Positions 35,801 through 47,290 of a stretch of 64,000 bases of DNA are shown piece after piece. The DNA is taken from contig OZ241827.1 in NCBI GenBank assembly GCA_965202585.1, positions 22,878,001 through 22,942,000 on the forward strand. Direction: 5' to 3'. Position 1 is the stretch's first letter, and every line of letters starts with the position of its first letter. The notes under the pieces were generated by a model, which was given only the letters and a program-made list of their open reading frames with translations, was not told where the DNA came from and did not search any database. Source of the stretch: Thalia democratica. Lineage: Eukaryota. The position numbers and the translations under genes were made by a program.

Positions 35801-38800
35801 TAATTAAACTTCATTTAACCGACTAACTTAGCTTGTGCAATTTAGCAGGTGAAGCGAAATGCATCTTTAATTACAAACAAATCAGTTGGTCAACCGTATT
35901 GACTTTAACAACTCGTTTTCTAAATATGGAAGTTTTTTTAACATAACATGCTCGTTAATTTAATTAAACATGACGAAAACTTAGTGCATAATGTGAAACT
36001 TTTCGCAAAAAAGCATGTTATTTTTAGTGTTAAATCAAAAGTGCTTACTCTTCATGCTATGTTCTTTGAAAAGTTATTCATAAAAATACATTGAGTTAGC
36101 TTTATTAGGTGTACAGAACAACAAGGAACTATTAGAACGCATGTATGTAAAATTTGATATAATAAATTGCATAACTTGAGGCTAAAAAAACTTCACAAGA
36201 TGCCATTTTAAACTTTAGCTGAAATACTCTCACGCTTATGTATGAAACTCGCTTGTGTGAAACAAATTCAAACAAACCGGCTAGTGTGCACTGTCCCAAT
36301 GCGAGCACCCAGTTCATCAGCCACAACATTCCGAACAGCATCCCCCACTGCAACCATCCCGTGTTCTGCTGGAACCTGATAGTTGTTAATAAATAGTTTA
36401 TAAATAATGTATTTTATTAGAACTTTATAAGGTTTAAGACCCAGAAAAGTAAAGTGTTTTTAATAATTTGAATATATGATATCAAACTGTGATTGAAAAA
36501 TAATCTTCATACATTCAAGACCTTGTTTAATGGTTAAGATAGAGTTAGATTGTACATCAACTTTTCATAAATTAACACACAAACAAACTTACACAGAGTC
36601 ACCTCCATATTCAATGAACTCACATTTTGTGTCAGCGAACGTGGTGTTATCCTGTTATATGAAAGTGAAAATAACCTTACAAAAACATTTTCTATACTTT
36701 AGAAAAAAATACTTAGTAAATATACATACTTAATCTGTAACATAAATTTGTTTAAACAATTTTTCAAAAAAATTTTAAGACGTAAATTGTACATATAAAA
36801 AAGTTTTTAGAGTTAATAATATCAAAAAAAAATTATTTTTTTTACAAACCTGTGGCCGGCAGGTTGTGTTGTGGGGCGAGTCAGCGGGCCTGGGGTCGCT
36901 GCTGTCCACCCACCTGTACACGGGTTCCTGCGAGGAAGCGAGGAACAAGGCGGTGAGAGCCCAGAAGCCCACGACTACCGTGCACATGACGAACGTGAGG
37001 AGCGGGTAGAACAACGTTGATATCATCGTTCCCACTGCCCTGTGAGGACAAGTGGTAAGTTTGAAACGAGTAACTTTTTAGCTTAAACTTTTTTTACCTT
37101 CGAAAATGAGTAAAGTTACGTAAGTTTATTGTTTTAGTGTTTAGTATATGAGTTTTTATTACGTCTGGATTTGATAGATTTTTTTAGTTATCTGGTAATT
37201 GAAAACTAATTTTCAAGCTTAATGAAATATTTTCTTACTTGCTCGCATGGGTGATCACCTTGGTTGCGATCAGAATTCGTTTTCTGAGGAAAATTATGAC
37301 GAGCAAGATGATGGCGTCTACAACTGACAAGATGATCACTGAAAATAACAAGTATTAAATTCATGCATACAGACCGAAATAATAAAAGAACAAACAAAAA
37401 GCAAGCCATGTGTCAGTCAAAGCAAGGTAAGTGGACAAGTCGGTCGTGAACCCGATGCTGATTATTGATTGGTCGCTTCCCGGCTGGTTTTTCAGCTCCT
37501 GTTGGGTTGATTTCAGCAAAAAGTTATAACACAAATCAAACTGCTTCAAAATACTTACTAGCTAGTGTAATTGCTTATAATACGTTATTTACGTTTGCTG
37601 CGCTGATAAATTAGTCATATGAGCGTTGGTCATGAACGCTATATTTAGGTTAATGTAATAAAATAAGTTAGTTTAAATCAGCTGTTACTTAAACAAGCAT
37701 AAACATTTTGAACAAATTTTTATTCATAGCTATCATATGGTTGCAATTAAACAAAATTAATTATCTGAAGATTTACAATACTATAAAAACTTTAGTTTAG
37801 TTGTTGTACAAGTATGAACTGACAAAACAATAAAAGGTTTTATTTACTAAAGAAAATTAAAAAAAATGAATAAGATAAGAAAGTTATTGTAACATAATAA
37901 ACATTATTTAAAATCTGAGCAACGAAAAAAATTAAGCTGCTTAAAAAGTTTAATCCAAGATCTAAAAATTTGAACAAATACTTTTTTAAATTTAAATTTT
38001 GAATTAGTTTATTATATTAAATTAAAAAAAAACAACTTAATAGTTTAATATTGAGCAGTGTATTATACTAATTTGATTGTATGACAGTCATATAGCTTAA
38101 TTTCGTGTAAAATACATAACTAATTACATGTTAAATGAGTCACTTAATCAAAATAAGACATTTAAATTGTTTTATATTGTTATGTAAGGTTTAAGTATTA
38201 TGTCTACACTTTTATTTTTAGAGTTTTTTGTTTATTAAATAAGTTTTTTAAAAAGATTCGTTCAGTACATACATGTTTTAACTTGCCTAGTAAATTTAAA
38301 GCAAATTTGTTTTAAACAAAGTACATAAACTTTAGTAAGTTAGTCAAAATACTAGCGGTAGTTTAAGCTCGCTTTAAAAAGGATCAATACAAAAGTAACT
38401 AAAATTTTAGAAAACTTGAACAAACATTTTGCTTCTAAAATAAGTTAACACTTGCAATTGAAACTTTTATTAGCAGAGTTTCGAGTGTAACCCTGTGTCA
38501 ATGGGTGCATATTTTTCTCTAACTTATAAAAAATAGGGAAAAAATTCATCTATTGGCAAAAGGCTTTTTTTAATGTAAAAATTTGGAGGTTTTTGCTCAT
38601 ATAGTTTGAAAACTGAAACTAACGTTGTATTCTTGCCAGCAGTACCACACTCCGACTGAGCAGAGAGCGACAAACGAGAAGAGGGTGATCCACACCATTG
38701 GGCCGGCCAGCCACCTCATAAGGACGATCCACAGGAAGGCAACCACGGCAGAAACTATCAGCAGTCTAAAAAAAGTTTTTAGAAAAGTTTTAACAACGTT

Positions 38801-41549
38801 GCTGTTTGCTTTTTATAAATTAGAAAGGTTTAAGATTTTCAAGTTTTAGAGAAGTTTTTATCACATAAACATTTTTAAAACACAATATAACTTTATTTAT
38901 AAGGAATTTATTATTAATAATATCCATTTACTGTTAAGCAACCTGCATTAAGCATAATGTATACAGTTCGTGTATTTAAAAATACATTTATTAGATTGCG
39001 TCAAGAAAATTTAACAAAGAAAAAAAGAATAACGATGAATTAAACAAGCTCATATAGAAAATTATGTCTACTAACACAAGCATCCACTGCCAGGCGACAG
39101 TGAAATCGGCGAATATTTGTTCGGCGATGCTTCTCGCGTTCAAAAACGCCTTGATCGGTTCCACAGCTGCTGACAGTACTGTTCCATTGATATCATCTCC
39201 AGCCGTGTTCTTAAAGTTTTATTTTTTGTCTAACACGTAATTTACAAATTAGTTGCAATAATGTACCAATTTGTTGTTAAAGAGGCTTTTTCAGATAAAT
39301 AAGCACTTTATTTTTGTTTGTGTACGGAATAGAATTCATTTTTACCTTTATTCTTTCTGTTCCAACTTGAATTACTGAGATAGTTTCATTGACGGCAGGA
39401 ATACACCTTCCAGCCATACTGGACGATTTGATGTAATACGCTGCACACTTTTCTTCTGTAACCATGTCTACTAGTTCCTGAAAAAAAAAACAAGCATAAA
39501 CTATGAAACAAAAACTATTGTTAAGTCTGACTGCTTTTTTTGTTTGTTTCATAACTTTAAAAACAACAGTATTTTACGTAACAAAAAAATGTGTACAATA
39601 GTGTTAAACTCCACTACTTAATATACTTTATGGCATTTTATAAACAGTTTTAATATACAACATACAAAAAACTAAGGTTTAAAGCTTGCTGTCTTAAACA
39701 ACTTCAAAGAGAAAATTTAATAAGTACACTTCAAACTTAAGCAATTTTAAGATGCAAAAATCAACTTACAACACCATCAAGGTAGTTTTGTTTCGGGTTG
39801 TACCCGTATTCACAAATGAATTTGTTCCAGTCGATCGCATCAGCTTTTTGTTGCCTTGTGCCAATAGTTGTTGTTGCTTTTCCTTCTTCAATTAAATAAG
39901 TCCAGTTTTCTTGTGGACAACTTTTAACACAAGTCTGAAAACAGTTGAAGTTCGAATTCTTGTAGTTTACAACTTTTATATGTATAAAATGCTTTAAACA
40001 TAAAGTTTTTTTGATAGTCTTTCAATTAACGTTACAACGCTCTTCTCATTAACAAATATAAAAAGTATTAAATTTTTAAAACTAACTTGTGTTGTCGGGC
40101 ATTGTAATCTGATTGCTGTTCTGAAGTCAGTGCATTTTGTGAGATCGAAAAAGAACAAGGACGTTTTCTGCCTGTTGATAATATTAAAACACGTTTTTTA
40201 CATTTTTTATTAACTTCAATTAAGCTTTAATAATTTTTAGTTAGCGACTTAACTAAAAATTAATAATGTTAATGAAAATTTCAATTTTGAATATATGTAG
40301 TAATAAATACTTAAACATAGATAACAACCGATATATATATGTCTAAAAATATTTGATTGAAAAGAAGAAGTTTTATTTATAGTGATATAATTACGCACAT
40401 GAATGTAAACTTGGTAATTTTTTTCATTGTATCATATGGTAGTAAAAATTATGCGTCATTTTGACGTATATTAACCAATTTACATAAAAACAATCATACA
40501 AATTTTAAATTGTTGCTAAATTTCAAGTAGCTTTAGCAGATTTTTAATTCAACTTTAGTTTCATAACATGACAAGTCTCATTAAAACTTTGAATAAAATT
40601 AATAACTTCTTGTGATTAAAAATTACTACCTTTAGAAATTTTTCAAGTAACCAACTAGTGACTTTTGCACTATTAAGTATTTATTTATATTTAAGGATAT
40701 TTTTTTAATTTAAAAATCATTAATAAAAAAATGAAAAGAAATACAAAGTTATAAAAACACTAGAAAAAAAATATTTTTGTATATTATTAAATAACTAACT
40801 CAAGATCCAAGTCATTGTACTTTAGACCACAAATTCTACCTGTACTGTCAGTTGGGTGTAAAAGTAGAAGGGGGTTGCCATTCAACCAAGCTAAATAAAA
40901 GTTGAAGGAAACATTTACAGATTTATTAAAAGTAGTCTTTATTTTAAAAATGCTGTTAGTTTTTTTTTAATTATAATATATTACAAAAAACAAAACGGTA
41001 TTATAAAGTAAACATATTATAAAAAAACTTATTTATGTACCATTTTAGAACTAAATAAGTTAAGGCTTTAAATTACAATAAAAAATATGTAACAACTCTA
41101 AAAATAAAACAAAAATTCAACCAACCGAACACGGAAACGACCATGTAAGCGAGGATGAAGACGAAGAATATCAAACAGCAGATAATGTCGGTGCATCCCC
41201 GGTTTTTCATCGGGCCCCTAAAATTCGGGTCATGTTTCTTCGCTTTCCCTGTAGAATTTTACATTTTATACATATTTATAATACTTAACTTAAAGAACAT
41301 AAATATGAAAGAATTATAAATTTTTTACCTAGTTAATGTTATTATAAAGTTTTATTGGTATTTATATTTCTTTACGTGATTTGAAACTTTATTTTTTCAA
41401 GTTCAAACAAGAAAAGTTTTTTGTAAAAAAGTTCAACATTAGGTACTTGTTAAAGTAAAAACAGTTTTTTGCTGCTCTAGAAAAAAAACCTCTAAAAAAA
41501 AAACTTTCTTACCTCCTTTTCCGTCGCTATCTCCACCGCAACATCCCAT
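20869..41549 (-). CDS. SLC44A2/4/5: Choline transporter-like protein (CTL/SLC44 family, closest to CTL2/4/5), 725 aa, 19 coding exons
   Basis: Exons 5'->3': 41549-41513, 41248-41126, 40890-40800, 40171-40087, 39934-39770, 39477-39346, 39209-39076, 38765-38624, 37498-37396, 37338-37239, 37039-36850, 36651-36593, 36375-36278, 34172-34085, 32080-31882, 27871-27754, 25436-25321, 23041-22957, 20981-20869. Total 2178 nt, all GT-AG, phases consistent. Diagnostic motifs: [88 protein letters not shown]. Confidence 0.95.
26000..27200. promoter_or_regulatory. CpG-rich enhancer-like block in SLC44 intron 16 with palindromic CRE/E-box elements
   Basis: GTGACGTCAC 26852-26861, GTCACGTGAC 27044-27053, TCAATGTGACGTCACATTGA 27108-27127, GTGGGAA 27072-27078. 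Confidence 0.45.
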
Positions 41550-43429
41550 ACTTTGTTTATGTTAAAAAATTTATTATCTGAAAAAATAGTTATTTATTTA
41601 GAGGGTCTAATCATAAATATATATACTGTTTTAACTGTTTTTTTTACGTTTCTACTTAAGATAAGTTTGACTATTGTAAGATCTATGTAAAAGCAAACTA
41701 ATAAAGTCTTCGTTGTTTATTGAGATTGAAATATTAAAATAAAAGCTTTAAAAATGATAAAAGGGGATGTTTTGTTAAATATAGTAGTGTTGTTAAACTA
41801 GAACTAATTTTGTAAGAGTACTGAATTTGTAATTAAAGAGCTTATATGTAAAGTAAATTTTTATATAGCCAATACATTTACTAACATTTAAGCTATTTAA
41901 TAAACATTTCAACAAAGCATAACTACTTATCAAGGTTATCAAAAATAATATATAACTTTATTGTAAATTAGATGATTTAAGTAGGTATATAAGTTTAGGA
42001 AAAAATTATTACTTTTTATGAAAAGTTTTGCTAAAGTTGCTTAAATTCTTGAAACTGAGCTGTATACTACTCTCAAATAACTACTTCGGCTTTTGTCTCT
42101 AACTTGAATTTAGAAATATCAAATGGAAATAAAAAAACATGAATTTTTACTTAAACTAAGCCTGTTAATGCTTGAAATTGCATTTAGTACTATCATCTGC
42201 TAAAATTTGAAAATTATAAGATCGTTTTTTTTTTGTAATCGTCAAGTCTAAAAGGTATAAAACCTTTAAAATAGGCAAATTTAATTAAAAAAAAACAAAC
42301 TTAAACAACAGCTTAAAAATAATAAATTATTGTTTTGACTGGTAATGTTTTTTTTTGTTTTCGTGTTAATTTGGTTTTTTAAAAACAAAGCTGTTGTTCA
42401 AACTAACAAAACATTGTATTCACGAAGTTACATTGAAACAAACTAATAACTTAATTTGTGTATTATAGTTAATACTGGATTAATTACTATTTTAAATTTC
42501 ACTTGGTTATATAAAGGATTAAAACTAATTGTAACTTCTTTCTTAACGTACCAAAATTAATTTGCTTTAACAAGAGATAATTTAGTACATGGCTGCTGAA
42601 AAACAGCAGTAAAAATATTAATCAACAGTTTCCTTTTTGATATCCTATAAGGTTAAGAATAATAAAAACATAAAAATGAGTCACATCATTCGCGCTAAAC
42701 TTTTTAATGCTTTATATATATCATAAAAACAACAATATTATAAGAATATTAAAGTTTTTCAAATCTCAAAAGTTGTTTTACTTGCTTACTGAGAAGTTTT
42801 TGAAATTACTTGAAGCAACAAAAATGAGTTTGAAATAGAAGCTTTGTTTGTTTTTTTTTAAATAAAAGATTTTGTTTATCTAATAACTTTTGAAAGGTTG
42901 AAAAACATTAAAAAAAGTTGTTTATCTAAAACTCAAAAACCATACTATTATGAATTCAACTAAATTCAATAACTTAATTCAGATTAAACATAAAAATTTG
43001 TATAATTTAAAAATATCTAAACAGAAAAATTAAAAAACAATAAAGTAAGTAGCATTGACTTCAACTAAAAAACCTTGCTCTGAAAATCTTGATTAAAAAT
43101 AAAACTTAAAAATTCCATGCTTTTTGTCACTACTCTAGTTATATCTCTATTGTCTACTGGCTGTAAATGAAAAATGCGGTGCACCAAAAAGCAGTAGAAC
43201 GCGTTACGCATGAGCGATTTTTCAAAAAGAGCATTTCTCTCCTCTTACAAACTTTGTTATTAATATAATAGAAATATAGTTTATTTAAGTAGTATTTTTA
43301 AATGAAAATAAACCGAAATGTGCTGTCTGGTATAAACAATAAACAGTCTTAGTTTCTAAATTCTGTTTAAAAGTTTTTTAAGATTCTATAATACATACTT
43401 ACTCTTATAACAAAACTAAAGGTTTTACA

Positions 43430-43460
43430 AGGTGCTTCGTCCGGAAGTAAAAGTGTTGCT
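43430..43460. promoter_or_regulatory. Candidate promoter element upstream of SLC44 (ETS consensus)
   Basis: CCGGAAGT at 43441-43448, an isolated perfect ETS/GABP-type site in very AT-rich DNA about 1.9 kb upstream of the SLC44 ATG; a small CpG patch lies at 43170-43225. Confidence 0.25.
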
Positions 43461-46400
43461 ATAGCTATACAAAATTAAGTTAAAATTTAACAACTTTATA
43501 ACATATATAAAAGTTAAATATGTTTTTGAAGTTTTAAGTTAGAAATTTTTGTGGAATTCAACAGTGAAAATCTAAGTAGTAAACATTTAAATTTTTTTAT
43601 TAATTGTAAGTAGTTTATATCTCGTTTCATTTTTTGTAAAAGTATTTTTTGTGTAACTCAGTAGATTTTGATTAATTTTCAGAAAAAAAACTTTGATGAA
43701 ATGTCAAAGTCTAAGAAGTTTATAATGTCATATTTTTTTTTTGCTTTTTATTTTAAATGAGTGGTGAATTCTTCTTTGTAATAAAACATAATCTAATTTA
43801 TAAAATTTATCAATTACTTTATTTTATATATAACCTTTGGTTCATATAAGTTTAAGTTTTGCCTACATCTAAAGTGTTCCTATCTTAGAAAAAAACATTT
43901 ATTTTATACAGAACTTTCTTCAAAAAATCAACAAGTTTAAAACTTAAGATGCTAATAGTTTTCACAAGATTAGAACAAAGTTTTTGGAGAATTACTTTTT
44001 ACGAAGGTATCAATTATTTATATACAGAATTGAACTTTTTAGTACGATAGATTTTTTCAAAAGTTCAAACAAAAACGAATTTAGAACACTTTAGTCTAGA
44101 AATGTTTAAAAAAACGAAAAAAAACTTACTTAAATCAAAGATGTTCCATAGGAACTTAAAATACTATAAACTGATTATTTTTATGATTTTTCTCTTCTTT
44201 TAAAATAAGAAAACTACATCTTTTTATAGACATTAATTCAAGTACAACAATCTATAAAATAATATAAATTTTTTAGTAAACTTTTAATTATCAAGCTCGA
44301 AAAATAATATATGTAAAGTTTATAACAAATTATTTAAAATTTTTATGAAACCAATTAGTACTTAATTGTTGTTACTAAAAATGAATAGAAAATTTCGTTT
44401 AAGTAGACGAAACTTATTATAAGTCTTTTAACACAAAAATATTGTCAAAAGGCAATAGACAAAAATAACTTTATTTACTAGAAGTTTACTGTTTACTGCA
44501 ACATAAGTTTTAAAATCTAATCTAAACTTTTCTTTTGAATATATACTACTTTCTGAGTTAGTGTTAAGTTAATTTTAGGCAAACATTAAACTAACAAGAA
44601 CCAAAGCTTAAAAAAGTTATGTTGTATTTTATTTGTAAAAATGATCAACACTCTTAAAAAGTACAACAGCTTTTATCACAGACTTTATGACATCTATAAA
44701 CTTCTTAAACTTTGATGTATACTTAATCAAAGTTTATGTTCTAAAAAAAGGTATTAAAACAGTAAGAAATATAATATACATATGTTTTTTTGATTTGGCA
44801 AAACTTTTTTGTTTTTTTTATAGACAACTTATAACTATTAAAGTAAAAAAAATAATTTTTTGTACATTTTTATACTTAAATCTTATTTCTTTAAATTACT
44901 GTAAAGTTTTTAATATAACTGTAAGTTATAATTTGTTTTAAAAACTCTTAAAACTCTTAAAAGTTGTCTTTTTTATTTTAAAAACTACAGTTGCATACAT
45001 TTAAATAACAAAAAAATAACTATTTTTCACTAAGAACCAAAAACTTAAAAATAACTAATGTTAATACTATGAACCATAAAACCATTTATATAAGTCAAAA
45101 TTTTTACTTATTGAATTATATATAGTGTTACAAAAACTAATAAAGAAAAGTAGGCTTTTTATTACAATTATTGAACTTAGAGTTAAAATTGTGTGATAAC
45201 TGATGTCATAAACATAAATAAACTTAATCAGTTTATTAAACTTAAACAAATTTGTCAGGTTATATGAGTCAAGTTTTGACTGTACAATTGTTTTGTTCAA
45301 AAGTGACTGAAGTCAGAAACAGGGATTATAAATTTAAACAAAAAAAAAATAAAAGAGCATCACCTACCAGTAAGCTATAAGTTCAGTTTAGTTTTCGGAT
45401 TTTTTTATTTAAGCTTATAGAAAAACACTTTTAATTATTACAATAGAAAAAAAATGATTTAAACTACACAAGCATTTTTAGCGCAAAGTTTTATCTATGT
45501 ATATATATAGTCCTAGTACGTTTGTGCTAACGTATAATTCAGCAAACTTTAGACTTTTGCTAACAACTTGTTGAATGTTATTAAAATGTTTGAAAACTAA
45601 GTAAAAAAGTTTTTTTCGTTTGGTTTACTTTTTATCTACTTTTATTGCAAAAAACAAATTTTATTTAAAAAGAGTTGATATAAAAACTTTAAAATAAACT
45701 CAATTTTTTCTTAAAATTTATCTTTGAATCTTGTTATAAAACTTTAAAAAAAACTTTGACTACTTCATATTACTTAAATCTAAAAAATGACAACTTTTGA
45801 TTAATTTTTTTGAAACAAAAATAGTAAGAAGTTTATTTATTGTATCCCTAGTTTTAAGACTACTAACCACTTTTGCGGTTTGAAAAACAAAATAAAGCTA
45901 TTTATTGTGTTAATATCTATTAAATTTTGTTTGTTGAGTTTTCCCTTGTGTTATTTAATTTTTATTTTTCTAAGAAACTGTACAACCAAGCCAAAAGTTA
46001 CATTTACAAAAACAAAAATGATCTTGAAACATAAAGAAAGTTCAGTAATTTGGCAACTATCTTGCAGATGTAAAAAAAATACAATATTTTTCGATTATAA
46101 CTTTAACATAAAACTCTAAAATATTTTATGATAACGAACAAAAAGCTTTTGTATTTAATCTTTACTATAGAACTATTGTATTTAGGTTTAATTTCATACT
46201 AAAACATAACATCTATTTAAATTAGTATTCGTTTTTACGTAAATTTTTCTTTTAAAACTGAAAGTCTTGACAAACTACAGAAAAACACTTATTTATACAT
46301 AATATCAACAATACTTACTTTAAAATTGTCGTAAAACTGATGATTCTAATATTTTTTTATAAACAGACAAATTCAACACAGATTTTATTTCATTAACACT

Positions 46401-46619
46401 TAAGTGGCGATTTATCTTGAAGTTGACAAAAAAAATGTTTAGGTAAATTGAAAAATACACCAAGCTTTTCAATTTGGTAGCTAAGTAACAAAACTTCATA
46501 AATATATAATTATCAAAAACGAACTTTATAGTTCTTGATACTGATTTTGAAACATATGTTTCTTACAAATAATAAATTATTTTATAAGTTGTATATTGTT
46601 ATTGAACGACAAAAAATAC

Positions 46620-46722
46620 GCTCAAAAGGTTTGGTCCAAGGACCTGGTGTACAAAAAACCTTTCGGTTGTCGAGTCATACACCAGAACAGTTTAACGTCA
46701 TGCCCAGGACACTTGTGCACTC
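46620..46722 (-). mobile_element. Possible SINE-like fragment
   Basis: GC-richer island in very AT-rich intergenic DNA. The minus strand reads GAGTGCACAAGTGTCCTGGGCATGACGTTAAACTG, reminiscent from memory of GTGTCCTTGGGCAAGACACTT-type SINE cores. No A/B boxes or target-site duplication seen. Confidence 0.2.
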
Positions 46723-47129
46723 GTCAATTAATAAATATAAAATAAAACATATCAACATTTTAAAGTCATAATTTAATATACATTATCTAGTTTAGCTTTT
46801 GTGAATTGAATATCAAGCAGAACATGGTAGAACTCATAAAAATGTAGTGTAGAGGTAGACTAATTTGTTAAAATATGTTTGTTCAAATTGCAAAACGCAA
46901 ATTAAGTAAGTGCACGGTATGGATAAAAGTAACAAGTTCATATTCAAATTTTCTTTCATTTACAACATAAAAACTGGTTGTATGAACTAATAGAAAGTTC
47001 ATACAGTCTTAAATTTTTTCAATTATTTGTTTGTAAACGAACAATTCTTTTATTTTGTATTTCAATTTATACAGATTCTTTTATTTTTGTGTCTTCATTA
47101 GAGTTTTGATTTTTTCATTCGAAAAATAA

Positions 47130-47290
47130 AGTTTTATGACGTCATCACACATTTCACCTAAAATTTCAATGAAATTAACAAATTTTAGTAAAATTTAGTA
47201 GTTTTACAAACATCTACAACTTGTAGTATTGAAAACAACATGTAAAAATTTCCTTACAAACAAAATTTTACACTGAAATTTAATGCAATA
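47130..47290 (+). promoter_or_regulatory. Candidate proximal promoter of the Amt-like gene
   Basis: Full CRE TGACGTCA at 47137-47144, about 150 nt upstream of the ATG. Confidence 0.3.
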
